Shown one piece after another: positions 18,870 through 28,788 of a stretch of DNA of 64,000 bases (positions within the stretch are counted from its first letter, which is position 1; every line of letters begins with the position of its first letter). The position numbers were made by a program, and so were the translations under genes. The notes under the pieces are model-generated. The model was not told the DNA's origin, searched no databases, and saw nothing but the letters and a program-made list of their open reading frames with translations. The stretch lies in NCBI GenBank assembly GCA_041690135.1, contig JAWLHY010000001.1:160001-224000 (forward strand). Reading direction: 5' to 3'. The DNA is from Armatimonadota bacterium. GTDB taxonomy: Bacteria; Armatimonadota; SYMT01.

Positions 18870-19035
18870 CGCAGTCTCCTTCAAGCTGTCGAACAGCCGG
18901 GGATGATCTTCGGGAAGCGGTGGGTGTCAGTGCGGTCAGCGGGCTGGCACCCCCATGTTATATCATCCGGACCTGCGGGGGTTCGCGGCGAGACGCGCGC
19001 ATTTCCGAACCGCCCCAGACCCCGGATCCCATCAC

Positions 19036-20019
19036 TCAGGCGCGGGAGCGGCGATGGAAACCGGCGTCGAGCAAGAGGGCGCCGATGAGCAAGAACGCGA
19101 CCACGATGCCGTGGAACTGCTGCGGGAGACCGAACTTGTAGCCCTCCAGCAGCAGGCCGTTCTGGAGCAACACCAGCGTAACATAGCCTAGCGCCGTCCC
19201 CAGGATGCTCCCCACTCCGCCGGCCACGCTGGTGCCGCCGAGCACGACGATGGTGATCGCCATGAGTTCGTACTCCGCCCCGATGTCGGCGCGGACGCTG
19301 TCGTTGCGCGCGGCGTAGAGGAGGGCCGCAAAACCCGCGAGCAGGCCGCTGAGCGCATAAACCCGCAGCTTGAGCAGGGTGACGGGCACGCCGGATAGGC
19401 GCGAGGCGGCTTCGTTCGCTCCCACCGCGTATACGGCCCGCCCACCATCCGTGCGGGACAGGTAGAGGCCGGTGCCCACGAAGAGCAGGAGCGTGATGGC
19501 GAAGGGGACCGGAAGGCCGAGGATGTCGTCGCGGCTCCAGCTAAGGATGAGCGGGGGGAAGCCTCCTACGCTGTTGCTGCCGCCGACCGCGAAGGCCGCG
19601 CCCCGGTAAACGGAGAGCGTCGCCAGCGTGACGATCAAGGCCGGTACCCGTCCCAGGGAAACCAGTAACCCGTTCAGGGCACCGCAGCAGGCGCCCACGG
19701 CCAGCACCGTCAGGATGGTGAGTGGGGCGGACTGGGTGCGGCTCCACACCAGGCCTAATGTTACGCCGGACAGCGCCACGACGGAGCCCACGGAGAGATC
19801 AATGCCCCCGGTAAGGATGACGAGGGTCATGCCGGTCGCCAGGATGGCCAGCGGCGCCTGATCCCGCAGGACGTTGCGGAAGTTCTCCGGGCTGCGGAAG
19901 GCGGGGGAGATCGTCCAGAAAATGCCGATCACCAGCAGCAGCAAGGCGAGGAGCCCCAACTCCCGGAAGACCCGGGGGCGAGGGCGGGGTTTTTCTGCGG
20001 CGAGGGCGGGAGCAGTCAT
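19036..20019 (-). CDS. Sugar ABC transporter permease (RbsC family), orphan
   Basis: GMTLVILTGGIDLSVGS, GRAVYAVGANEAASRLSG, VLGGTSVAGG motifs. Confidence 0.9.
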   Translation of the reverse strand: MTAPALAAEKPRPRPRVFRELGLLALLLLVIGIFWTISPAFRSPENFRNVLRDQAPLAILATGMTLVILTGGIDLSVGSVVALSGVTLGLVWSRTQSAPLTILTVLAVGACCGALNGLLVSLGRVPALIVTLATLSVYRGAAFAVGGSNSVGGFPPLILSWSRDDILGLPVPFAITLLLFVGTGLYLSRTDGGRAVYAVGANEAASRLSGVPVTLLKLRVYALSGLLAGFAALLYAARNDSVRADIGAEYELMAITIVVLGGTSVAGGVGSILGTALGYVTLVLLQNGLLLEGYKFGLPQQFHGIVVAFLLIGALLLDAGFHRRSRA

Positions 20020-20249
20020 GTACGGATAAGGATTGCGATAAGGATAATGATGTGGGTCGCGATCTGTGAAGCCGCCCCCCAATTACGAGGGTTTCGGCAT
20101 TCCCTAGTCTTCCGGAAGCGGGACGGGAGTTCCTCCCGGAATGCCTGAAGGTGAGGGACGGTGGGGGAGAACCACGGCAGGCAGTAGCCGGCCCTGGTCC
20201 AAGAACTCCAGACACGCAATACACCATACGCATCCACGAAGAAGCATGG

Positions 20250-20276
20250 AAAACGGCCTGCCCGGGGGCAGGCCGT
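20250..20276 (-). terminator. Intrinsic terminator of the CxxU gene
   Basis: ACGGCCTGCCC-GG-GGGCAGGCCGT hairpin followed by TTTT on the minus strand. Confidence 0.65.
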
Positions 20277-20316
20277 GGAAGTTTCGGGACCAGGCGGCCC
20301 CGGCAACTCCGGACGA

Positions 20317-20853
20317 TTACTTGCCAAGCATCGCTTCCGTGGCTTTGGCCACGTCCTCGAATGACTTGTCGTTGACGTCCACGAAGTTTCCGTGCACCTT
20401 GCGGCGATTGTACACGATGACCGTGTTCTTCGCTTCGGGGTTGATCTTCCACCGAGCGAAATCACCGGCGCTGGTGCCCTGCGGCAAGAAGGTCATCGGA
20501 ATGGTGATCTTCTTCTCCGAGGCGAGCTTATCCAGGGGCTCCTTCATTTCGGGACCACCCTGGAAGACCACGAAGGTCTTGAGTTCCGGATTGCTCTGGT
20601 TCAGCTTCTGGATGTTGGCAACCAAACTGGCCGCCTTACCCGGCTCCTCCTTGATGAAAGCAACGAGGACCGGATTACCACCGTACGCTCAAACGTAGCA
20701 GAGCTGCGACCCCTTCTTGGGACCGGAAACGTCCACGACCTGGAAGGCGAGACCTGCGTTCTCGCCCTTCTGGAGACCAGACTGCACAGCGGCGAAAGCA
20801 GAGGTCGCCAGCAGGCCAAGCGCGGCAACGCCTAACGCGAGCTTCTTCAGCAT
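20317..20853 (-). CDS. Predicted selenoprotein: secreted thioredoxin/AhpC-fold protein with CxxU (CYVU)
   Basis: GGAGGTG RBS, ATG 20853, signal peptide MLKKLALG...SAFA, then VSGPKKGSQLCYV-TGA(20689-20691)-AYGGNPVLVAF continuing in frame into ORF 20317-20625. Confidence 0.8.
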
Positions 20854-21153
20854 CTTTTTATTTCACCTCCTTTCCGGGTTCGGCAGGGCGCCGGGATGAT
20901 GGGAAATCAGGAAGTGCGGATTGCGTCCTTCCGCTTAACTTACGAAATCGTGGGGATAGTCGTCACCGGCAGTGTCGCACTACCGAAAGCTTTCTACCAT
21001 ATTCCATGACGCAGATGGGGTATAGAAGTCAGCAAAAAGTTACGATGCTGGATATCGTATCGCTCTATGCCCCGAGTTACGGAAAAGGCGCCCCAGAGGG
21101 ACGCCTTTCCGCAGACCTTCCAGCTAGCGCAGTTCCACGCAGAGTGTGCGGGA

Positions 21154-22446
21154 CTACAGCAGTTCCTTGACCGTCTGGCCGTTCTCCGCAATGCGGATCG
21201 GGCGCCCCGTGGGGGTGTGGTAGATCTTGCCCGGATCGATACCCAGACCTTCGAACAGGGTGAAAGAGAGGTCCTGCGGACGGATCGGCCGATCCGCGGG
21301 CTCTTCGCCCTTGGGGTTGGAGGAGCCGATTGCGCGACCGCCCTTGATGCCGCCACCCGCCATCACCACGGAGAAGACGCGAGACCAGTGGTCGCGGCCG
21401 CCGGTCATGTTGACCTTCGGGGTCCGGCCGAAGTCGCCCATACAGATCACCATCGTCTCGTCCAGCAGCCCCCGGTCGCTGAGGTCCGTGAGAAGGGCGC
21501 TGAGGCCGCGGTCGAGCTGCGGGAGCAGGCCGTTGCGGAGGGCGTTGAAGATGCCGCCGTGGTTGTCCCAGCCGCCGCGGCTGACGGTGACGAACCGCAC
21601 GCCGGATTCCACCAGGCGCCGGGCGAGCAGGAGGCCCTGGCCCAGGCTGTTCCGTCCGTAGCTCTCGCGCAGCTTCTGGTCTTCCGAGGCGATATCGAAC
21701 GCCTTGCGGGTGTCCGCGGAGGTAACCAGGTCGAACGCCTTGTTATAGAAGTTGTCCAGGCCGGTCACCGGGTCGTTGGACTTGCCGGTGCGGACCATCG
21801 TATCGGCGGCGGAGAGGAACTCGCGGCGGCGGGCCAGGCGGTCGTTGCTCACGTTGTCGGGCAGGATGATGTCGCGCACCCGGTAGTTCGGGTTGCCGGG
21901 ATCCCCCGCCGAGAAGGGGCTGCCGTCGGAGCCGAGATAGCCGGTGCCGGCCTCGCCGATGGGTCCGGGCACGGCGACGTAAGGCGGCATGTTCTTCTGC
22001 CAGCCCATTTCGGCGGCGACCATCGAGCCGAAGCCCGGGTACTCGAAACCGGCGATCCGCGGGTAGCCGGTCAGCATGTAGGTGGTGCCGATGGCGTGGT
22101 CCGGAATCGGGTGCGTCATCGAGCGGAGGATGCTGAACTTGTCGCCCACGGTCGCCATCTTGGGCAGGTGCTCGCTGATCTGGAAGTCCGCGCCCTTACA
22201 GGGGATGGCGCTGAATTCGCCGCGGTAGTCCTGCGGCGCTTCCGGCTTCGGATCCCAGGTATCGATGTGGCTGGGGCCGCCCCCCAGCCAGAGCACGATG
22301 ACGGACTTGGCGCGGGCGGCCTTGGGAGCCGCGGCCACCGCCTGCATCTCGAGCACGTCCGGCAGCGTCAGCCCCAGACCCCCGAGGACACCGATCTTCA
22401 GAAAGTTGCGTCGGGTGACGCCATCGCAGTTAGTATAGGTCTTCAC
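21154..22446 (-). CDS. DUF1501 family protein with Tat-like N-terminus
   Basis: TRRNFL, WLGGGPSHIDTWDPKP, GWDNH, DFGRTP, GRDHW. Confidence 0.9.
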   Translation of the reverse strand: MKTYTNCDGVTRRNFLKIGVLGGLGLTLPDVLEMQAVAAAPKAARAKSVIVLWLGGGPSHIDTWDPKPEAPQDYRGEFSAIPCKGADFQISEHLPKMATVGDKFSILRSMTHPIPDHAIGTTYMLTGYPRIAGFEYPGFGSMVAAEMGWQKNMPPYVAVPGPIGEAGTGYLGSDGSPFSAGDPGNPNYRVRDIILPDNVSNDRLARRREFLSAADTMVRTGKSNDPVTGLDNFYNKAFDLVTSADTRKAFDIASEDQKLRESYGRNSLGQGLLLARRLVESGVRFVTVSRGGWDNHGGIFNALRNGLLPQLDRGLSALLTDLSDRGLLDETMVICMGDFGRTPKVNMTGGRDHWSRVFSVVMAGGGIKGGRAIGSSNPKGEEPADRPIRPQDLSFTLFEGLGIDPGKIYHTPTGRPIRIAENGQTVKELL

Positions 22447-22519
22447 GGTATGCGCTCCTTTGTAGCGAGTGTGGGCCCTCGGGGGGCAGTCTCCTCGCCG
22501 ATAGGGTTCAAGTCGTTGG

Positions 22520-25048
22520 CTAGTGGTTCAGCAGGAACTCTTTCATGTTCAGAAGGCCCCACATCAGGTCTTCTGCTCCCTCTTTCGGGTTCGGCGCCTT
22601 GCTGAACAACTTGAGCGCGGCGGCCATTTCCTTTTCGGTGGGCTTGCGCGCCAGGGCCGCAAGGTAGAGCTCTTCGGTGATCTGGTCCGGCGTTTTCTTC
22701 GCGTTGAGCAACTGCATCACGCGGCCGTTCGGGCTGCCGAGCTTCTGGTTGACCGTGGGGCCGTTGATCAGGTTCAACACCATGGTCACGTTAGAATCCT
22801 CGGTGCGCTCGCACTCGCAGGTGAGGTCCCGCTTGGCGCGCCCGAAGAGGTCCAGGAAGCCGTTGTTCAGCCGGTTGTCCGGCACCGCGACCGCGCGCTC
22901 GTAGGGGCCGAAGAAGTCGCGGACTCCCGTGGCCGAGCAGATCGCGTCCAGGAGCACCTCGGCATACATCCGCCGCGGCCAGGCCCGCGAGTTGTAGAAG
23001 CGGTCGTTAACGTTCCACTGGTTGTGGACCGAAGTCGTCTGGTAGGTGCGCGAGTTCAGGATATCGCGCATCACGCCCTTCAGGTCGAACTTGTAGGCCA
23101 CGACCTTCTCCGCCATCGCATCCAGCAGCTTCTGGTTGGAAGCCGGGTTGGTGAGGCGGAAGTCATCCACCGGCTGGACGATGCCGCGCCCGAGGAAGTT
23201 GTTCCAGAGGCGGTTGGCGATGGACCGCTTGAACCACGGATTGCTGGGAGAGGTGATCCATTGCGCCAGCTTCTCACGACGGTCTTCATCCGGCCCGAAG
23301 GTGGGGAAGTCGCCCGCGGGGAACTTGGGTTCCACCACAGCACTGGTGCGCGGGTGCTTCACGTCGCCGTCCACGGCTGCGTAGAAGATCCGCTCGTCCT
23401 CATCGACGCCCCGCTTGAACTTGGTCTTGCCGAAGAACGCGGCGAGGCCGTAGTAGTCCATCTGCGACCAGGCTTCGAAGGGGTGGTTGTGGCACCGGGC
23501 GCAGTCCATCCGGATACCCAGGAAGACCTGCGAGGTGTTGCTGCCGAGCTGGAGCGCGTCGTAGTCGCGGATGTTGTACCAGTTCGCCGGTCCGTAGCGG
23601 TAGGCGCTGCCGGTGGCCGTGATCAGCTCGCGGGCGAACTGGTCGTACGGCTTGTTCTTGGCGATGCTGTCCTTGATCCAGCGGTAGAAGACCTGGTTGC
23701 CTTTGCCCTTCTTCACGTCCGAGTCGTTGCTCAGGAGGTCGGACCACTTGAGCGCCCAGTACTGGACGAACTCAGGGCGGTTGAGGAGGCTATCCACCAG
23801 CTTGGCCCGCTTGTTCGGGTCTTTGCTGTCCAGGAACGCGCGCACTTCTTCCGGGGTGGGGATCAGGCCGCAGGTATCGATGTACGCCCGCCGGATGAAC
23901 TCGCTGTCGCTCGCCGGCCCGGAGGGCGGGACGCGGACTTCCCGCAGCTTCTCCAGCACCGCGTCGTCGATGTAGTTGACCGGCTTGAAGTTGTCGTAGG
24001 TGCTGGCCGGAACCGGATCGCGCGGGACCTTCAGACTCACAACGCCCACGCCGCCCAGGTAGCGGACCATGATGATGGTCTCGCCCTTGCCGGTGGAGGT
24101 GATAATCCCGTCATCGTCCACTTCGGCCACGGCGTCGTCGTTCGTGTTGTACCGGGCGTACTGGGTTACGTCCTGCGAAGTGCCGTCATCGCGATGCGCG
24201 ATCACGATCACCTGCTGCTCCTGGTCGGGCTGGTCGATCGTCCACTCGTTCGGGAAGATCTCGATCCGGGCGAGCCGAGGATCGAATTCGGGCTGCTTCG
24301 GCGCGCCCGCCTTCACCCATGCCAGCATCCGGTTGTAGTAATCGCTGCCTTCCTTGAACCGCATGCCCCCGCCGTGCGGGACCTTCATCGTCGGCTTCTG
24401 GAGGAGAGAACTGCCGGTGGGGCTGTTGAGATTGAGGCGCGCGCCCTTCTTCTCCTTGACGATCTGATCGTAATCGTAGTCCGGCTCGTAGCCATAGAGG
24501 GAAAGCCGGAACCCGCCGCGCCCGGAGGGGGATCCGTGGCAGCCGCCGGAATTGCAGCCGGCTTTCGTGAGCACCGGTACGATTTCGTTGGCGAAGCTCC
24601 ACTCGGAGGGATCGGACGCGTTCTGCACCGTCACGCTCATGGTGGTCGTCTTGCCGCCGACTGCGGCGGAGACGGTCGCCGCGCCGTTGCTGACGGCCAC
24701 GATCTTTCCGTTTTCAATGCGCACCCCACCGGTGCCGGTCTTGGTGACCTTGGCGGAAGGGGTGAGGTCCTTCATGGACCCGTTGGCGTAATAGCCGAGA
24801 ACGAGATACCGCTGGGCCGAGCCCTTGCCGGAAAGGGTGAATTTGGGCGGTACGATCTCTACTCGCGCCAACTGCGCGCCGGCTGGCGCTGCCGGCTTTG
24901 CGGCGGGCTTGGCCGCGGATTTTCGGGCCGCAGGTTTTCGGGCCGCGGGCTTCTTCTTGGCCGGCGCGGCATCGGCCGGCGTGCCCGCGGTCGCACCCAG
25001 GCCGACACACAGGCAGGCGGCGAGGGCGCTGAACTTGCTTTTACTCAT
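22520..25048 (-). CDS. Secreted DUF1549/DUF1553 protein with Ig-like domains and CxxCH motifs
   Basis: GCNSGGCHG, FIRRAYID, CARCHNHP, NRLWNNFLGRGIV, CECER. Confidence 0.9.
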   Translation of the reverse strand: MSKSKFSALAACLCVGLGATAGTPADAAPAKKKPAARKPAARKSAAKPAAKPAAPAGAQLARVEIVPPKFTLSGKGSAQRYLVLGYYANGSMKDLTPSAKVTKTGTGGVRIENGKIVAVSNGAATVSAAVGGKTTTMSVTVQNASDPSEWSFANEIVPVLTKAGCNSGGCHGSPSGRGGFRLSLYGYEPDYDYDQIVKEKKGARLNLNSPTGSSLLQKPTMKVPHGGGMRFKEGSDYYNRMLAWVKAGAPKQPEFDPRLARIEIFPNEWTIDQPDQEQQVIVIAHRDDGTSQDVTQYARYNTNDDAVAEVDDDGIITSTGKGETIIMVRYLGGVGVVSLKVPRDPVPASTYDNFKPVNYIDDAVLEKLREVRVPPSGPASDSEFIRRAYIDTCGLIPTPEEVRAFLDSKDPNKRAKLVDSLLNRPEFVQYWALKWSDLLSNDSDVKKGKGNQVFYRWIKDSIAKNKPYDQFARELITATGSAYRYGPANWYNIRDYDALQLGSNTSQVFLGIRMDCARCHNHPFEAWSQMDYYGLAAFFGKTKFKRGVDEDERIFYAAVDGDVKHPRTSAVVEPKFPAGDFPTFGPDEDRREKLAQWITSPSNPWFKRSIANRLWNNFLGRGIVQPVDDFRLTNPASNQKLLDAMAEKVVAYKFDLKGVMRDILNSRTYQTTSVHNQWNVNDRFYNSRAWPRRMYAEVLLDAICSATGVRDFFGPYERAVAVPDNRLNNGFLDLFGRAKRDLTCECERTEDSNVTMVLNLINGPTVNQKLGSPNGRVMQLLNAKKTPDQITEELYLAALARKPTEKEMAAALKLFSKAPNPKEGAEDLMWGLLNMKEFLLNH

Positions 25049-25084
25049 ACCGGATCCTCCACGGGAAGGCATCGGGATTACACT

Positions 25085-26860
25085 CTACTTGGGTGAAACG
25101 GTGACCCAGAACGGGTGCTCGGCGGTGAACGGTTTGCTGTCGGCGGTGCCCTCCAACTTGAGGATGCAGTTGAGGTAATTGCCGGGAGGCGCCGTCTCCG
25201 GAGCCTTGATCTTCAGGCTGATCCGGTTCTGGCCGTTCTTCACCACCGGGTCGGCGATGATCTTCGGCGGCATCGTGGACGGCATGTTGCCCATCCGCGG
25301 GGGCTTGATGACCTGGTCGATGTCGAGCCCCTTGATGTTGGGCGGAAGGCTGAGGATCACCTTGACGTCGCCGCTCTGGCCCTCGCGCCGGTTGAGCATC
25401 AGGTCGAACTCGGTCTCACCGCCCTGCTCGACCGCCACCGAGTCGACGTTGACGTTGACGGGAGCCCCCAACCGGTTGATGCCTTCCTGCTGGAGCTGCG
25501 CGGAGAAGCTTTGCTTGCGCGGTCGGATCGTCAGACGGTAGTAGAACTGGGGCCCAAAGCCGGTGCGGGTCTGGTTCCGGACGATGACCGCATATTCCTC
25601 GGAGGCGGGAAGCGTGACTTCCAGTCGAGAGTCCATCCCCACCGCATCGTCGTTCGTGCCGATCACCTTGCCGCTGCGGGTGACGACGCTGATGAACGGG
25701 TCGACGGGGCTGCCGAGGCGAGCCGCCTCCACCTCGAAGATCATCGACTGGCGGGCCTGGCCTTGGAAGCGGAAGCCGTCCACATCATCCAGGGTGTCGA
25801 ACATGCCGCTGCAGGTGACGGGCGCAATAACGGAAGTGGCGCTGGTGGCCTTATCGTTCGGCTCTTTTTCCGGCGTCTCCGGAATAGCGCCTGCGACGAC
25901 GGGCACCGCATTGCTGATGCCGTCGGCGGTGGTGATGCGGAACTCGTCGACACCGGGCTGCGAGGGGAGGCGAATGCCCCGGCGCATCGTCGTGGCGCCC
26001 TTACCGTCCAGGTTGTAACCGTACACCGTGGTGGAGAGCGCGCCGCCCGCCTGCCCGCCCGGAGGGAAGATGGCGGTGATGGTAGGGCGCTTGCCGATGG
26101 TGAGACGGTAGTGGAAGTCGCCGCGGCCCCGGTACTGGCTATCCCGGATTCCTACGGTGTAGGTGCCGTCCTTCGGGAAGGTGTAGGCCAGGAACGCATC
26201 GACGCGGGAACTGTCGTCGTCGTAGGCGAGCTCTTGCCCGGTCTGATCCATCAAGACAATGAATGAATCAAGGTAAACGATTCCTTCCTGGTCGTTCTGG
26301 CCGGGAGCGAACCGCTTGAACCCTTCTACATCGAAGACGAGCGTTTCGCCGGCCTTGGCCTCGAAGGAGTAGCAGTCCCGGTCGTTACCGCCCTGTACGA
26401 CGCCCGCCAGGGTGATGGGCAGGGTGACCTTCTGGGACCGGCTGACGTCGTTATTCGGCTCTTTCTCCGGATGCTGGGCGTACTGGGAAACGTAGAAGTA
26501 GTCCGGCGTCGTGACCCCCCGAGAGGAAAGCGCGCGAATCTCGTGGAGACCGGCCGGTGCATCCGCCGGGATGGTGATCTTGGCCTTGACCTGGCCATCG
26601 TTGGCGCTCAGCACCTGGGCCTTGAGGCCCTTGGACTGCATCGGAATCAGGTTGGGATATGCGGAGTACCGGCACATCAACTCCTTGGTGCCTTCCATCC
26701 CCTGTCCGCTAAGGGTGACTTCCACGGTCGCGCCCCGCTGTCCCGACGGGGGGACGATACCGGTAATGCTGGGCGCATCGGGAATCCGCCCCTGTGCCAG
26801 GGCGGGGCTCGCAAGCAGCATGCAAAGGGCAGTGAGTGTGCCTGACCGTTTGTAGAACAT
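25085..26860 (-). CDS. Secreted PPC (pre-peptidase C-terminal) domain protein
   Basis: Repeated EKEPNN/EKEPND...DxDxY/F modules; signal peptide; first gene of a PPC-DUF1549/1553-DUF1501 cluster. Confidence 0.85.
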   Translation of the reverse strand: MFYKRSGTLTALCMLLASPALAQGRIPDAPSITGIVPPSGQRGATVEVTLSGQGMEGTKELMCRYSAYPNLIPMQSKGLKAQVLSANDGQVKAKITIPADAPAGLHEIRALSSRGVTTPDYFYVSQYAQHPEKEPNNDVSRSQKVTLPITLAGVVQGGNDRDCYSFEAKAGETLVFDVEGFKRFAPGQNDQEGIVYLDSFIVLMDQTGQELAYDDDSSRVDAFLAYTFPKDGTYTVGIRDSQYRGRGDFHYRLTIGKRPTITAIFPPGGQAGGALSTTVYGYNLDGKGATTMRRGIRLPSQPGVDEFRITTADGISNAVPVVAGAIPETPEKEPNDKATSATSVIAPVTCSGMFDTLDDVDGFRFQGQARQSMIFEVEAARLGSPVDPFISVVTRSGKVIGTNDDAVGMDSRLEVTLPASEEYAVIVRNQTRTGFGPQFYYRLTIRPRKQSFSAQLQQEGINRLGAPVNVNVDSVAVEQGGETEFDLMLNRREGQSGDVKVILSLPPNIKGLDIDQVIKPPRMGNMPSTMPPKIIADPVVKNGQNRISLKIKAPETAPPGNYLNCILKLEGTADSKPFTAEHPFWVTVSPK

Positions 26861-27098
26861 CAAACCTACTATCTCCGGTCGCGAGGACGGAGTTCCACAC
26901 GCGTGTCGGGTCGTTGTTTGAGGTGGGCTTTGCCGTCCCCATCTCGGGCGTTCGCTCGCCGGGCAGAAGTGCCGGCGACGCGTGCGCTGGACAACAATAG
27001 CTATCGCTTTAGACTGGCCTGGACGCCCGGTGTTTCGTCTATTTTGGGTTCTCTTTGCGATGTGAGAGGTTTCGCAACATTCTCACGCTCGTTCTAAC

Positions 27099-27117
27099 GT
27101 AGGTTAGCCTAACCCCC
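27099..27117. promoter_or_regulatory. Palindrome resembling a DtxR/IdeR box
   Basis: GTAGGTTAGCCTAACCCCC matches 15/19 positions of TTAGGTTAGCCTAACCTAA; core GGTTAG-C-CTAACC. Confidence 0.35.
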
Positions 27118-27230
27118 TTTCGGCGCTTCTCCGTCACCCGAGAACGGTGCAGGCCGTCCGGGCGTATGCTCGGCCTTTAGACGAACCTTAGGGGCGTTTT
27201 GTTGCAACTATACGCCGGCCGGCTGCGCTA

Positions 27231-28520
27231 CTACTCGTGCAAACCACGCAATGCGTAATAGCCGCGACCGGTAGGATGGAACGGCTCGCCTGCGTGGAGG
27301 GTGGCCAGTACCTCGGCCGTACCGGGTAGCTGCTCGTCGGGAACAATTTCCGCGAGGCGGCGCACCAGTTGAACGGCGGTAAGGGGGGCGCCGTCCAGCC
27401 GTAAACAACAAGCCAGGCGTTCCTGCAGGGAAGAGGGGACATCCTCTTCCCACTCTCGAAGCCCGAAGCGGGAGCCATCGAGGGTATGGAGGCGCGGGTG
27501 AACCCGCATGCAAGCGGCCAGTAGCGCCGTCTCATCTTCCGCGTTGGGTATGCAGCTGCGGCAGTAGGCCCTGGCTTGCGCGGGCGACAACCAGCGTTGT
27601 TGATTCCGGATGGCCCGGAGCACGCTCTGGAGGGCGAGACGGGCCGTATCGCCCTTCCACGGATGGGCGCACCAGAGGCCAGGCTCGACACCGGCGAAAT
27701 CCGCGGTGACGGCGAGGGCGATTCGGAGGACGACGGTGCCTTCAGCCTCGCCTCCGGGATGATAGGCCAGCAATAAGGGCAGCAGTTCCTCTTCCCGGAG
27801 GAGGCCTCCGTGCCGGCGGAACTGGTGAACCAGGAACTCCGTCAACGGCCGGCGGCGCCGGGCTTCCGCATCGTGCGAAAGTCGGGTCAAAGTGGCGTTG
27901 AGAATCTGGCGCACCCGTTCACGCGTCAGGCCGGACTCACGCCCCAACTCGGCCAGGGTGGGCGGGTTCAGCGTGGAAGGGGAGAAACGCCTTTCCAGGA
28001 GCCGCCGGTCGCGGTCGGGCACAGCGGCAAATAGCTCCGCGGCTACCTGCTCGAGGTTGCATCCGCGGGCGGAATGGCCGTTTTCGCTTACCGTCCCCGA
28101 CGCCGGGCGAACCGACGCGGGTGATCCCGGCGGACGGGAGCGGATCACCAGCTCGATGAACTCGTCCAGGAGCTGGCCGAGCGGCCGGGGCTGTGGGGGA
28201 CCGTTCCAGGCGGCGAGGTAGGGAGCCGGATCCCCTGCACCCGGAGCGGCGTCCGCGCGGACCGCGGGCAAGCGCAGGTGATCCAGCACGAACCGGGCAA
28301 GACACAGCCGCACCTCGAGCAGGCAGCCCTGGCCGAATCCGTGAAGAGCGGCGATCTCGCTCTCCGGCCGCTCCAGCAGAACCCGGATGCTCTCCACCCG
28401 GCGCAAGCAGCGTGCGGGACGCGTGGAGAGCCCCAGCCGCTCCAGAGGCTGGTCGAGCGTCTCCGGGGAGAGGCGCCCGACCCAGGATTCCTTTCCGGTT
28501 CGCGTGACGGGAGGCTTCAA
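27231..28520 (-). CDS. Protein with RNA polymerase alpha-CTD-like domain, sigma70 region 4 HTH and C-terminal winged HTH
   Basis: LERLGLSTRPARCL...HGFGQGCLLEV; PTLAELGRESGLTRERVRQI; C-terminal GRGYYAL. Confidence 0.7.
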   Translation of the reverse strand: MKPPVTRTGKESWVGRLSPETLDQPLERLGLSTRPARCLRRVESIRVLLERPESEIAALHGFGQGCLLEVRLCLARFVLDHLRLPAVRADAAPGAGDPAPYLAAWNGPPQPRPLGQLLDEFIELVIRSRPPGSPASVRPASGTVSENGHSARGCNLEQVAAELFAAVPDRDRRLLERRFSPSTLNPPTLAELGRESGLTRERVRQILNATLTRLSHDAEARRRRPLTEFLVHQFRRHGGLLREEELLPLLLAYHPGGEAEGTVVLRIALAVTADFAGVEPGLWCAHPWKGDTARLALQSVLRAIRNQQRWLSPAQARAYCRSCIPNAEDETALLAACMRVHPRLHTLDGSRFGLREWEEDVPSSLQERLACCLRLDGAPLTAVQLVRRLAEIVPDEQLPGTAEVLATLHAGEPFHPTGRGYYALRGLHE

Positions 28521-28584
28521 AGTGGGGAAGGATCGGGAAGGGCTGGAAAGAGGTGGGTCGACGCTCCCTATTTGGCCCTCCGGT

Positions 28585-28788
28585 CTAGCGTTTCCTGCCG
28601 TAGTCTCCGTCGCCGAGCTGCCCCGAAGGGGGTGTCGCTCCCGGGTCCTGCTGCGACTCGAGCTGGCGGATGGCGTACGCGACCAGCTCCGCGACGACCT
28701 CCTGCGGCGTGCGCCGGACCTGGGCCGACATCCGCATCAGGGGTTCGTAGATTTCGTCGTCCAGTTCGATAGTGATAAGGCGAGGCAT
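28585..28788 (-). CDS. Small putative ribbon-helix-helix/CopG-like protein
   Basis: MPRLITIELDDEIYEPL...RRTPQEVVAELV; AAGGAG RBS. Confidence 0.55.
   Translation of the reverse strand: MPRLITIELDDEIYEPLMRMSAQVRRTPQEVVAELVAYAIRQLESQQDPGATPPSGQLGDGDYGRKR

Noticed and set aside
22523-25096. 857-aa plus-strand ORF and similar antisense ORFs (918-2402, 8544-10121, 21067-22605, 32256-33800, 51101-52675)
   Set aside because: Each overlaps a recognisable gene on the opposite strand and has no motifs
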